Source: a virus. From it: a DNA stretch of 64,000 nucleotides. Below are positions 9,308-18,727 of this stretch, piece by piece. Where the stretch lies: the UHGV virus genome UHGV-0229283; one strand, given 5' to 3'. Below the pieces are notes generated by a model that saw only the letters and a list, made by a program, of their open reading frames with translations, made no database searches and was not told the DNA's origin. The position numbers were made by a program, and so were the translations under genes. Positions within the stretch are counted from its first letter, which is position 1. Each line of letters starts with the position of its first letter.

Positions 9308-10003
9308 TTAATGGCAATCGCTCCAATTACGACCAGTCAGGTATGCCCCTGTGATATGTACAGGACTGCCCATGATACGAGCGGCCTTCTCTACACATCT
9401 TACGACCATTTCACCTACAGGGCAATACTGGATGTGAATTTTACCATCCTCTCCAAAAATACCCTCGTAGACTGTATTGCCTTCCGCATCCTTGACTTTA
9501 TCACCGTTGTCATCTTTGACGGCCTTTCTCCATTCATGTCCGTCAAATACCCGGCCTTTTGCTTCCCATTCTTTAACGAAAGCTGTTGCCTCTTCCAGGG
9601 TGTCAAACTCCCACTTCTTCAAGTATTTCTTAGGAACCTGGAGCTGGTATTCATCATGGTAGTAAATCAGGCGACGAACGTCATCATCATACCAGCCACG
9701 TTTGATTAGTTCCCAATGAAGAAGGATACCCACCAGATCGAATAGAGATGCACCACCGTTTTGCTGGAAAGCATTCAGAAGAGAGTGCTTAGAACGGGTC
9801 CAAATCTTACGACCATCGAGACCAGGGATATAACGTTTACCCGTTGCTTCCCAGAAGTTTTCAAGCCATTCCTTACGACCTTTCAAACCAAAGTTACTAT
9901 CCCAGAAAGCATCGATTACCGCCTGTGCCTTGTCAAGGGAAATGTGAAGCATTGCTGCAATCTTAGCTGCCTGAGCACCATACATGATCCTAATGTTCGA
10001 CAT
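9308..10003 (-). CDS. DNA polymerase (family A), C-terminal fragment/exon 2, carrying motif C
   Basis: IMYGAQAAKIAAMLHIS matches the Pol I motif B tail (YGMSAFGLARQL). YYHDEYQLQV matches motif C (VHDE). Confidence 0.75.
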   Translation of the reverse strand: MSNIRIMYGAQAAKIAAMLHISLDKAQAVIDAFWDSNFGLKGRKEWLENFWEATGKRYIPGLDGRKIWTRSKHSLLNAFQQNGGASLFDLVGILLHWELIKRGWYDDDVRRLIYYHDEYQLQVPKKYLKKWEFDTLEEATAFVKEWEAKGRVFDGHEWRKAVKDDNGDKVKDAEGNTVYEGIFGEDGKIHIQYCPVGEMVVRCVEKAARIMGSPVHITGAYLTGRNWSDCH

Positions 10004-10121
10004 GGGACGCTACCACCATGCCCGTTCTCTTATGAACTGCTGCATGTTTCCATGCAGAGCAGACTATATCTTCACCCACACTTGGGGTGTCCACCGCTTC
10101 GGGCCGCTTGGCCCTACTCCG

Positions 10122-10523
10122 TTACCGGATAGTCGTTGGGATTTTACCTCTTGCCAAATACCACTCTTCACCACTACAGTAAAGATTGTTGCAAACAGCA
10201 TGTTCTACATTAGATGCACGGCATGATAACTCTATATTTTCCCAGCAATTATTCAATGTGTTTGCATCTAGGTGGTTGACCTCTTCCTCTTCAAGAAGGT
10301 CTCTACCGATCTTTGCCGCACAAATCAACCTGTGCAACAAATAGTGTTTGCCATTTTTCAAACAGATACGCTGATAAAATTTCTTTCCCTTACCTTTGTG
10401 TAGATAGGGCTTCAACTTTCTTAGTTTTCCACGATTGCTGGAGTATATATTACCTTCGTGGTCACAAAAGTATCCGTTTGATATTGGTATTTTAGCCAAG
10501 GTACTTATCTGCTGATTGTCCAT
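10122..10523 (-). CDS. HNH homing endonuclease (HNH_3 type) inside the DNA polymerase gene
   Basis: NGYFCDHEGNIYSS...KLKP......Y..I.L...GK..LHRLI is the I-HmuI-like HNH_3 signature. The ORF lies between the two polymerase fragments. Confidence 0.7.
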   Translation of the reverse strand: MDNQQISTLAKIPISNGYFCDHEGNIYSSNRGKLRKLKPYLHKGKGKKFYQRICLKNGKHYLLHRLICAAKIGRDLLEEEEVNHLDANTLNNCWENIELSCRASNVEHAVCNNLYCSGEEWYLARGKIPTTIR

Positions 10524-10671
10524 TTCATCCTCCTAAAAGGAGAAATCATACATAAATTTTTCAAACTGTCAAGCCCATCCTCGCGGATCACTTTGTAGTA
10601 TTTATGTCTTTAGGATTTCCCAGCAATTCAATGGATGCACCTTATAAATTACTTCATAAGGGGGCTATCAA

Positions 10672-12711
10672 TTAACCGTAGGTTACCCCTTTACCACCGT
10701 TACGCGTTACCAGAGTACCAGAAGCTTTGGTGTATGCCTCGGCGTTTCGTGCGTGGGCATCTCCACTTTCCATGATACGGAGGTATTCACCGCCATCGAA
10801 CTCGTAAGCACCCCAAGCAGCAATCATACCTTCGAGGTTAGAACCATCGATACCGACTTGGTAATATTCATCGGTCACACCCCAGAGACCACGCATCTCT
10901 TTACCCAACAACACCTTAGGATCTGGCTTAGGCATGTTTGCACAAATGGTGTGCTTACAACGCCCGGTGTTAGTGATACCAGAGAAACGAGCTGGAAGTT
11001 TTCCATCAATCGCCAGGCGAGGATGATTCAACAGCCCTGTATCGTTTTTATCCTCGTCAATAGGGTCGAGAACAGAACGACGGTTACGTAATGACAGCCA
11101 CTTAACAATCTGTTTAGCCAAGTGAACATCGATAACTTCAAGGTTAGGACACAGCTTGCCAAAGTTATCCTTCAACTGTGGTGAAGTCGGCAGTTGACGA
11201 GCTTTGCGTCTGAACTTCTTGAAGATCTCCTCGTAAACACGATCAGAACCATGACGATGGTCGAACTTGTTTTCCGAGATATTGAACTTTGCGTCACTAT
11301 TATTTAAGTGCTCAAGAATCAGAGATTTATACTCGGACTCTCCAAGTTCTTCGATGTACTTACGCACCAGACCATCAACCTCCGCATCATCGCGGGTCTT
11401 TTTGAACTGGTCTTTCGTCACATCTTTAACACGCCAGAGCGTTGGTTTCCATCCCGCATCGCGGATCAGGTACTTCTTGATGTCGTCCTGGTTCGAGATC
11501 TTCATCGGAACCATCAGGTCTGGCATCTTTCCAGCACGAAGATCGGCAATTGCCTTTTCCATTAGGTCTGGTGGCAATGGGACAAGGGTATTCTCTTTCT
11601 TTATCTGGCTTCTAATGAAGTCTGGCATCGCTGCCGGGTCTTCAACACCATTCTGGATACAGTATCTTTCCCCTGCTGCACTTACATCACCGTTACCTTT
11701 AAACGCCGTCTTCGGTGGACCTTTGAATTCCAGCGCTTCACGATTAACTGGATATCCCAGCTTGTATTCTAACCAATTCCACCCGTGATGGGAAATTCTT
11801 CCTGCACCATCAAAAGGATTAGCAGGGAATTTTGGCTGTTGAGACTTCGTCATCTCTTTGAGCGGGAGTTGAGGTTCTACTTCTTCCTCAATCTCTTTCA
11901 TCATTACATCAATACGGTCTCTCAGCTTTTCAGCTTCATGCTTATTGAATGGAACACCCTGAATTTCTTGCTCAATCATCAGGTAATCAGTCAACATACG
12001 GCGGCGTAGCGCGTTCTTCCAGTTGATCTGCCGCATCCCTTCCGGCTTATCTTTGTACATGAACTGCTTGTCATCAGGCCAGCGAGCACCTGTAGACTCA
12101 TCGATCAGGGATTGCCATGTCAATTCGTTGATTAAAACGTCTTCCCAGACACGGTTAACGTATTCCCACAATGGTTGGTTACGCCAGTCATCGATCTGAA
12201 CTTTCTTGTTTGCTACGCGGTAGCCCCAGGCCAACAGGCCATGAGGACCTACACGGTCTCGCTTCCCGGTTACCGGGTTAAGAACAGAGTCAGGGCAACC
12301 GTTAGGTAATGGGCGGTCAGGATAAAGCACACGGCTCATAGAGAGGGTGTCGTAGAGATTTACCTGTGTATCCCCAATCGTCCCCATGCACTTCGGGTCT
12401 TTGAACATATCATATTCAATGCCCGATAACTTCTTCCACAGACGCAGGTCATAGCCAAAAAGGTTGTGAATCGCAATGCCGCGAGGCTCCGTTTGCAACC
12501 AAGTGTACAGCTCGTCATAAGAAAGAATCCTAAGGTTAGCCTCTGTCTTGCTACGAGCGTAAGCTACTGCGCTTTCATATTCCGGGTGGTTTGGGTCAAG
12601 GAAGAGGACCCAATTGTTAACACCAAATTCTTTCAGTAGTGTGCAGTGGTACTTTGTAACTTCATCAAGCAGCCCATCTGCTTCATTATCCCCTATAAAA
12701 AGACCTCTCAT
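10672..12711 (-). CDS. DNA polymerase (family A), N-terminal fragment/exon 1 (3'-5' exo plus palm motifs A and B)
   Basis: N-terminal LFIGDNEADGL is exo motif I-like. IDGSNLEGM corresponds to motif A (DYSQIELR). The C-terminus RNGGKGVTYG corresponds to the start of motif B (RRxAKxxNFG). Confidence 0.8.
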   Translation of the reverse strand: MRGLFIGDNEADGLLDEVTKYHCTLLKEFGVNNWVLFLDPNHPEYESAVAYARSKTEANLRILSYDELYTWLQTEPRGIAIHNLFGYDLRLWKKLSGIEYDMFKDPKCMGTIGDTQVNLYDTLSMSRVLYPDRPLPNGCPDSVLNPVTGKRDRVGPHGLLAWGYRVANKKVQIDDWRNQPLWEYVNRVWEDVLINELTWQSLIDESTGARWPDDKQFMYKDKPEGMRQINWKNALRRRMLTDYLMIEQEIQGVPFNKHEAEKLRDRIDVMMKEIEEEVEPQLPLKEMTKSQQPKFPANPFDGAGRISHHGWNWLEYKLGYPVNREALEFKGPPKTAFKGNGDVSAAGERYCIQNGVEDPAAMPDFIRSQIKKENTLVPLPPDLMEKAIADLRAGKMPDLMVPMKISNQDDIKKYLIRDAGWKPTLWRVKDVTKDQFKKTRDDAEVDGLVRKYIEELGESEYKSLILEHLNNSDAKFNISENKFDHRHGSDRVYEEIFKKFRRKARQLPTSPQLKDNFGKLCPNLEVIDVHLAKQIVKWLSLRNRRSVLDPIDEDKNDTGLLNHPRLAIDGKLPARFSGITNTGRCKHTICANMPKPDPKVLLGKEMRGLWGVTDEYYQVGIDGSNLEGMIAAWGAYEFDGGEYLRIMESGDAHARNAEAYTKASGTLVTRNGGKGVTYG

Positions 12712-13217
12712 TCATCCCTCGCAAAAGTGTTATGGTACTTGGCTCTTTCTCTTTTAGCTACATCTGCCGCTTCTTCAAGACTGTCAAAATATCCGCAGTG
12801 GATTTGTTTTCTGTTAACACAGATCTGCACCTGCCATTTACCAGCATGTTCTTTCCAGTAGACACACTTATGGCCGGAGGTGTTAGTGACCCTTTTCCTA
12901 CTATTATGCATGTTTTGGTTTGTTGTTGCGGGTCTCAGGTTTTCTACGTGGTTATTTTGAGGATTGCAGTCTTCGTGATCCACAACATCAGGAAGCCATC
13001 CATGATGGTACAAGAAAATCACCCTGTGAGCGAGAAATCTTCCTAACGGGGTGCTTATCTCAATGTACCCTGTGTTCATCACGCTTCCAGCTTCCTTACC
13101 GCCATACTTGGTATTGAAGGTTTTGTTGAACCTGTTTGTTGCGGGCCTTAATCTGTGGTAAAGTTTACCATCTCTGTATTCAAACAACTTCCTAACGTAC
13201 TCTTGCGAGAGTGTCAT
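12708..13217 (-). CDS. HNH homing endonuclease with AP2 DNA-binding domain
   Basis: HRVIFLYHHGWLPDVVDHEDCNPQNNHVENLRPATTNQN is an HNH_3 motif. HKCVYWKEHAGKWQVQI...YFDSLEEAA is an AP2 domain. The gene is free-standing between the primase-helicase and polymerase genes. Confidence 0.7.
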   Translation of the reverse strand: MTLSQEYVRKLFEYRDGKLYHRLRPATNRFNKTFNTKYGGKEAGSVMNTGYIEISTPLGRFLAHRVIFLYHHGWLPDVVDHEDCNPQNNHVENLRPATTNQNMHNSRKRVTNTSGHKCVYWKEHAGKWQVQICVNRKQIHCGYFDSLEEAADVAKRERAKYHNTFARDE

Positions 13218-13273
13218 TGTTCCTCCTATTCAAGGTGGGCTAGACTGTACCGTCGCCCACCTCTCAGTTGGTA

Positions 13274-15337
13274 TTAAATTACATAAATTGCATGTTTTGC
13301 GTATTGCAATCCTATCGGGGCGAAAGGCGTATCATCGTCAGGACCAAGAGTAGGGACTGGTGTCCTATCAAGATCGATGGTTGGCTTATACTCAGGTGCC
13401 GGAACATTTACCTTTCCAACCGGAGTTTCCAGAGAGAGTTGATGGATCAGACTCTGAGGACGAAGCATAACTTCACCATTAAGCTTGAACATCCCATCTT
13501 CCCATTCCCAGCCGGAAGCATCGGAGAACTGCCCGTTGTCATCCATAACCATTGTATCAGCGATACCCAGTTTTTTGTGTGGGCGGTTCTTCAGCACCAC
13601 GATACGTACACGCCCACGGGAGCGGTCAGGAAGCTCTTCTGGTTCAACACCCAGAACCACCCATGAGAGTTGTTCAAGGGCCGCAGAACCGCGCAGGTCT
13701 TCTTTACGGACCGGATACCAGAACGGCAATAGATTCCCATCTTTATCTTTCGGAAGCTGAAGTTCTTTACGCTTCATGTGGCTGATTGATAAGATGAAAA
13801 CATCGTACTTCTTACAGAAAGCTGCCAGCTCGGTCATGATGTTATCAAGGTCTCGACGTTCGTTGTCGGACTTAAGACCAGAGATTACCATTGACAGGTG
13901 ATCGAGGATGATCCATTTACAACCATCAAGGAACACCATCTGCTTAAGTTTCTGAATAAGCTGGTCTGTCGGGATAGAACCGAAGTGATCAAAGATCTTA
14001 ATCTTATCTTCCCGAATCCAGCGTTGGTGAATCTCAAGGTGTTGCTCTTCGGTTAAGAACTGCTCCGGGTCAGCAACAAATGCCTTAGGGTCCACCTTCA
14101 GCTCTTCAGCATACAAGCTGTTTACAGACTCTTCTTCATCCTCTTCCAGACGGATGATGGCTACTTTCTCACTCTCGGTCCAGCCATCTAGGCGGGGAAT
14201 TGACATATCACGAAGATAATCAATGATCGCGTATTCAATCTTACGAGAGATTGTAGACTTACCACCACCAGACGGGCCTGTCAATGTCCAAAGCTCACCA
14301 GTACGGGGGCCACGGGTCAGGTTATATAGGCCGGGTAGCCCTGGTAATGGAACACCATCTTTTTTCTTCTTGCGAAGATTCTCAATGGTAATATCCTTAA
14401 GACCGATAAGCTTATCAGGAACATAGCGATCGTCTGCTTTGGTAAACATTGCATAAAGCTCGCGTACCTTACCTGCATCATACATGTCACGAATGTCTTT
14501 AAAGCCATCCGGGTCATTACGCTCGTTAGGATATCGCACAACGTAAATATTTTCTGACAGCAGGAAGCTAGCGACATCGTCGGTTGCTTCTTTACCTTTC
14601 TTTATTTTCTTTTCTTTTTCTAATGCTGTGGCTTCGTCGTTATCAAAGCCCAAGACTACCTTCTCATAACTGCGAATGAACTTCTCGTTGTTTGCGAAAG
14701 TATCAACAGCGTTTGCAGTACCACAGTTTAATCCAACATAGGGTAGTGTCGGAAGACCTCCAATGTCCTCGTCGTTCTGAATATGACGGATACCTTTTAA
14801 GATGCTATCCGCCCAGTCTTTAACGCCTTTACTGGCCTTTGGACTGGTGGACATAGCCTTAACCATCTCATACGCTGCCTGCCATGCGGCGCATACGTCA
14901 CCTTCACCTTCCACGATATTGATCTGCTTACGACCAACACCCATAGAGGCTTCATGCTGCCCGAAGAACTGAGATGATGCCTTCACAGCACCAACAGTTG
15001 AAAAGTGTCCTGTCTTTTCCTTCTGTAACGTCCAGTCACGTTTCTTGAATCCCGTCAGTTTCCCATACTTATCATAATAAGGCAAGTATGTTGCTACCGG
15101 GGTGATACCATCCGCCGGGGATACCGCAGAACGGATCTTAAAATACTGTGCTGCTTCAAGAGAGAGACTCATTTCGGGAACAGCCATGATGCGGGTGCCA
15201 GACAGCACTGATTCCAGGGTCTCTTCTACTCGATTGTTACTATAACTCAACTTGCCTCCGCGATTACTTCCAAAACCTGCTCTTGGGTTTTCATTGCCAC
15301 CTTTCCTATAGGCCGCCCAATCTGGTCCATTACCCAT
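13274..15337 (-). CDS. T7 gp4-like bifunctional DNA primase-helicase (TOPRIM plus DnaB-like SF4)
   Basis: 687 aa. Walker A TGPSGGGKSTIS. FILSISHMKR helicase motif. IVEGEGD and FDNDEA are TOPRIM acidic motifs. Confidence 0.85.
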   Translation of the reverse strand: MGNGPDWAAYRKGGNENPRAGFGSNRGGKLSYSNNRVEETLESVLSGTRIMAVPEMSLSLEAAQYFKIRSAVSPADGITPVATYLPYYDKYGKLTGFKKRDWTLQKEKTGHFSTVGAVKASSQFFGQHEASMGVGRKQINIVEGEGDVCAAWQAAYEMVKAMSTSPKASKGVKDWADSILKGIRHIQNDEDIGGLPTLPYVGLNCGTANAVDTFANNEKFIRSYEKVVLGFDNDEATALEKEKKIKKGKEATDDVASFLLSENIYVVRYPNERNDPDGFKDIRDMYDAGKVRELYAMFTKADDRYVPDKLIGLKDITIENLRKKKKDGVPLPGLPGLYNLTRGPRTGELWTLTGPSGGGKSTISRKIEYAIIDYLRDMSIPRLDGWTESEKVAIIRLEEDEEESVNSLYAEELKVDPKAFVADPEQFLTEEQHLEIHQRWIREDKIKIFDHFGSIPTDQLIQKLKQMVFLDGCKWIILDHLSMVISGLKSDNERRDLDNIMTELAAFCKKYDVFILSISHMKRKELQLPKDKDGNLLPFWYPVRKEDLRGSAALEQLSWVVLGVEPEELPDRSRGRVRIVVLKNRPHKKLGIADTMVMDDNGQFSDASGWEWEDGMFKLNGEVMLRPQSLIHQLSLETPVGKVNVPAPEYKPTIDLDRTPVPTLGPDDDTPFAPIGLQYAKHAIYVI

Positions 15338-15896
15338 TACATCTCCTATTACGAACCTCTCTAATAGCAGGCCCTATTATGGTCATCATCTCTTCTACAG
15401 TAAAGAAATCACTTCTAGCCTTGTTGCAGACAGAACAACACGGCAGGACGTTTTCAACAGAGTGCCCAATAGAATTGTCGATACGATCAAGACCAACATC
15501 CCCCTTATCACCACAGTAGATACAAGGGCTTCGTATAATCCTTCTAACATCTTCAAGGGTAAGATCAGAAACTCTACCCTTTATCTTGTCGAGACGAGAA
15601 TAGTTATTGAACAACACCTTATCACGGTTAGACTCCCGATATCTTTTTCCCCTTTCCCTCCTTTTCTTGAGGTACTCAATATCATTTCTTGATGCTAAGT
15701 GCTTCTCTTTCTGGTCTTTATACTGGCACGCCCTGCAAATGGAGGATACCCTATTACCACCTTTTGTATTTATCCTGAAGTTCTTATGGGTACATTCCTT
15801 TTCCTCCCCACATTTCTTACAGACCTGCATTCCACCGTATTCCCTTTTTGAAGAAGATTCGGTGAACTTTCCAAGATCGTCTCTTTCACGAGTCAC
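15330..15896 (-). CDS. HNH endonuclease
   Basis: C-terminal GLDRIDNSIGHSVENVLPCCSVCNKAR is a canonical HNH motif. N-terminal zinc-ribbon cysteines are present. Confidence 0.7.
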   Translation of the reverse strand: MTRERDDLGKFTESSSKREYGGMQVCKKCGEEKECTHKNFRINTKGGNRVSSICRACQYKDQKEKHLASRNDIEYLKKRRERGKRYRESNRDKVLFNNYSRLDKIKGRVSDLTLEDVRRIIRSPCIYCGDKGDVGLDRIDNSIGHSVENVLPCCSVCNKARSDFFTVEEMMTIIGPAIREVRNRRCNG

Positions 15897-16627
15897 TTAT
15901 TTGCCTCATAAACTGCAATTGCCAAAGACCTCGGGGTACAACTGCGTATGTTTTTTGTTTTCAAAGATTTTCCTCCGCATTTTTTCCATCCCGGATTATC
16001 CTTGTATAAGGATGGCAACGGCTTTTTCTCTGGGCCAATAAAGTTATTTCCCCACCAGAGGCAAGTCTTTTTCTTGTACTGGTCCCGTGGGGGATATATA
16101 TGGGGGTAGAGTGGATGAACGTCTATCAAAGGTAGCCAACCACCAAGATCACAAGGATCAAACATATAATCAGGTTTGCGATACATTGAAGAAAGAACAC
16201 CAACAGGGTTTTCAAAGGCCCAAGGGACATTGTATAAATTCCCAACCTTCTCGACCAATAAACAAAGTTCCATTGCTTCCTTCTGGAAGTTAGGGTTAGC
16301 TGCTCTTTTCTTAGCCCAATGACGTGAACCTGCATTGGTCAGGTGAGTACATTCCGGGAAACCAAAGACGATGTGAACATTGTCACCAACCATTTCTTTG
16401 ATCTCTTGAGCTTGTTGAACGGTCTTGTCGTGGAAGAACCACATCCCGACTTTAACAAGGTCACCCTCGCGGGTGACTCCTGGTGAATGTTGACCATCAA
16501 AAGTCCAAACTTCATAGCCAGCCTCTAACCAAGGACGGGCCATGACCGAAGTGTAATCATAAAGAATGATCACTTTCTTCTTCAAACGGCCTCCCTTAGT
16601 GGAAACTGACCCCTTGGTGATCGGCAT
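15893..16627 (-). CDS. divergent C5-cytosine methyltransferase-like protein
   Basis: FGFPECTHLTNAGSRH resembles motif IV (GFPCQxFSxAG) and FENPVGVL resembles motif VI (ENV). The motif I region (YDYTSVMARPWLEAGYEV) lacks the FxGxG loop. Confidence 0.4.
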   Translation of the reverse strand: MPITKGSVSTKGGRLKKKVIILYDYTSVMARPWLEAGYEVWTFDGQHSPGVTREGDLVKVGMWFFHDKTVQQAQEIKEMVGDNVHIVFGFPECTHLTNAGSRHWAKKRAANPNFQKEAMELCLLVEKVGNLYNVPWAFENPVGVLSSMYRKPDYMFDPCDLGGWLPLIDVHPLYPHIYPPRDQYKKKTCLWWGNNFIGPEKKPLPSLYKDNPGWKKCGGKSLKTKNIRSCTPRSLAIAVYEANK

Positions 16628-16841
16628 TTGTTACCGTACCCGTCATGGAAATTGGAATAATTTTAACTAGGGTGTAGGTCAGATATCTAGCGCTTTCAGA
16701 TTGCCCTGCGATAGTATATCCTTCATCAAGATGTTCTGCCAACACTTTAGCCACATAATTTGGACCACTGTGGTTATTGAATTCGAATTCGACGACTTTA
16801 ACTTCGTGTTTCATTAAAACTCCTCCTCTTCCTGGAAGCAA
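16596..16841 (-). CDS. hypothetical protein (81 aa)
   Basis: Co-oriented ORF. Confidence 0.35.
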   Translation of the reverse strand: MLPGRGGVLMKHEVKVVEFEFNNHSGPNYVAKVLAEHLDEGYTIAGQSESARYLTYTLVKIIPISMTGTVTNADHQGVSFH

Positions 16842-17098
16842 CCTACAATTTCAAGATTGCGAATATACTCGCGTAAATGATGGTATAGGACATCATCTGG
16901 AATGTCAACGTAGATCTGTTTATCTCCAGAGAATACAGCATAATACTCCAAATCCTGGAAACCGTTGTAATCTACATCGCTTTCACGACTGTTACGGTCG
17001 CCTTCCATCACAGAATAAAGTGCTTCGACGGTGACGACACCCGCAGTAGGGTGGTCATAACTGAATTCGATCTCTACAGGAAGTGCGGCTTTACTCAT
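16814..17098 (-). CDS. hypothetical protein (94 aa)
   Basis: Co-oriented ORF. Confidence 0.4.
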   Translation of the reverse strand: MSKAALPVEIEFSYDHPTAGVVTVEALYSVMEGDRNSRESDVDYNGFQDLEYYAVFSGDKQIYVDIPDDVLYHHLREYIRNLEIVGCFQEEEEF

Positions 17099-17327
17099 TA
17101 AGTCCTCTCGCTTCTAAATTAATTACGAACGCGCCTTCTCCACGGCGAAGCTCGGTATCATCACGCCAGCCACGGAACATTCCCCCGGCGCGACCATGAA
17201 AATATATGCACTTATCGGTTATCCGGGTAATCTCCCCGAATTCCCACTTTTTTGCTCCAGCATTGCCTTGAGAGAAGGCGATCTTGTCGCCAACTCTCGC
17301 CTCATTCCCAAAACAATCTTTGATCAT
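17091..17327 (-). CDS. hypothetical protein (78 aa)
   Basis: Co-oriented ORF. Confidence 0.4.
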   Translation of the reverse strand: MIKDCFGNEARVGDKIAFSQGNAGAKKWEFGEITRITDKCIYFHGRAGGMFRGWRDDTELRRGEGAFVINLEARGLNE

Positions 17328-17821
17328 TTAGACTCCAGTTCGGCCTTTAATTCAATATTCTGGTCAATCAGTGCCTCGATAAACTGAATTGCATGGACTG
17401 CTGCACTATGACAACCGTCATCAAACAACTTCCGGCTTACATCATTACGTAAAGCGGCTGCATCACCATGCAGGCGAGTTTCCATATAAGTGCTTATGGT
17501 ATTCCACGCGTTAGCACCAGAACTTAGATATTCCAAAACTGCCAGCACATTCTGAGGGCAGGCAGTCGCAATGTATGTTGCATCCATATCATTGCGCCAA
17601 GCCGAAAGATTACCTGTGTTCTCATGGCGCACAACCGGACCCATATTTCCGTCTGTCACAAACACTGTTTCCATGCCAGCATCTTCCGTTGAAAATGCAA
17701 CCATAGCATGACCATGTGAATCTATCCACCACTTACCCGGTGTTGCTTGACTTGCGATGCGTTTCAAATCATCAATAAGTTTACAAATATTTTCACGATG
17801 TTTCATCTTCTGCGCCTTCAT
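17324..17821 (-). CDS. Ead/Ea22-like phage protein (tentative)
   Basis: The PGKWWID motif and overall size resemble the lambdoid Ead/Ea22 family (recalled from memory). Confidence 0.35.
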   Translation of the reverse strand: MKAQKMKHRENICKLIDDLKRIASQATPGKWWIDSHGHAMVAFSTEDAGMETVFVTDGNMGPVVRHENTGNLSAWRNDMDATYIATACPQNVLAVLEYLSSGANAWNTISTYMETRLHGDAAALRNDVSRKLFDDGCHSAAVHAIQFIEALIDQNIELKAELESK

Positions 17822-18131
17822 AACGAGTTAGGGTCAATTTAGTAACAGTCAGGCTCACACCTTCTGAAGTTTCTACCACAAAAGTATTGTGGACACCATC
17901 TAAAACTACGACGATGAAGTCACCAACCGCAGGCGGCAGATCCGCAAGTTTCAGGGCAACCACTGCCTCTGCGTATTCACCATCATTGATGACTCGTATA
18001 GCGATATCATGTCCAGGACCTTGTTCTGTGAAGTCAAATACCCGAACTTCATTTTCTGTGGTTTCATCCTCTTTGGCAAAGAGCCAGTTAATTAGACGTT
18101 TGAACATTCTTCGCCCTCTTGACAATTTCAT
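17793..18131 (-). CDS. hypothetical protein (112 aa)
   Basis: Co-oriented ORF. Confidence 0.4.
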   Translation of the reverse strand: MKLSRGRRMFKRLINWLFAKEDETTENEVRVFDFTEQGPGHDIAIRVINDGEYAEAVVALKLADLPPAVGDFIVVVLDGVHNTFVVETSEGVSLTVTKLTLTRYEGAEDETS

Positions 18132-18381
18132 GAATTATATCTTGGAGTCTTTCCCACGCTTCCAGTTCAGCTTGCTGCATCTCATCGTGATAATCTTGAG
18201 CGATATCACGGAGTTTCATTAGCTTTTCTGTTGTTACCTTACTCAGGTCAGTGAAGTCTTCAACCTGCATTTTTGCTCTCCTCATAGAACTTAATCCACT
18301 TCTTAGTTGATTTGATACCACCTTCCAAAGACTTGTCCCTCTGAACCGCCACCTGCTCAACAATACGGTTCTGTAGAGCAA
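18088..18381 (-). CDS. hypothetical protein (97 aa or shorter)
   Basis: Overlaps both neighbours. The true start is probably an internal Met. Confidence 0.3.
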   Translation of the reverse strand: MLYRTVLLSRWRFRGTSLWKVVSNQLRSGLSSMRRAKMQVEDFTDLSKVTTEKLMKLRDIAQDYHDEMQQAELEAWERLQDIIHEIVKRAKNVQTSN

Positions 18382-18718
18382 AACTCATGCGATCCCCCAA
18401 CCTACGGAATGGATTCCCCTTGTACCCATTGCCATTATGGATGCTAACTGCATCCTGTAACGAGATAAAGAATGGGCGACAAATCTTTTTACATCGAGGG
18501 AATGCAAGCTGGTAGCCAAAGCGACCATCTTTAACTTCTGGGAAGTTAGAAAGACGACGAGGGACATACCCATAAGCAGACATCATCTCGTCAAGAGAGG
18601 CCATTTGGATGTGGGTAGTGTCCATAGCTTTTTCAGAGCGAGGAACCTGCCATTGATTCCATACTTCAAGTTCTTTGCGGAACTTTTCTACCAGCTCCAG
18701 ACGAGAATATGATGCCAT
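18260..18718 (-). CDS. hypothetical protein (152 aa)
   Basis: Co-oriented ORF. Confidence 0.4.
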   Translation of the reverse strand: MASYSRLELVEKFRKELEVWNQWQVPRSEKAMDTTHIQMASLDEMMSAYGYVPRRLSNFPEVKDGRFGYQLAFPRCKKICRPFFISLQDAVSIHNGNGYKGNPFRRLGDRMSFALQNRIVEQVAVQRDKSLEGGIKSTKKWIKFYEESKNAG

Positions 18719-18727
18719 TATTTTCTC

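Noticed and set aside
11267-12009. Plus-strand ORFs inside the DNA polymerase gene
   Set aside because: They are antisense to a polymerase reading frame with clear catalytic motifs.
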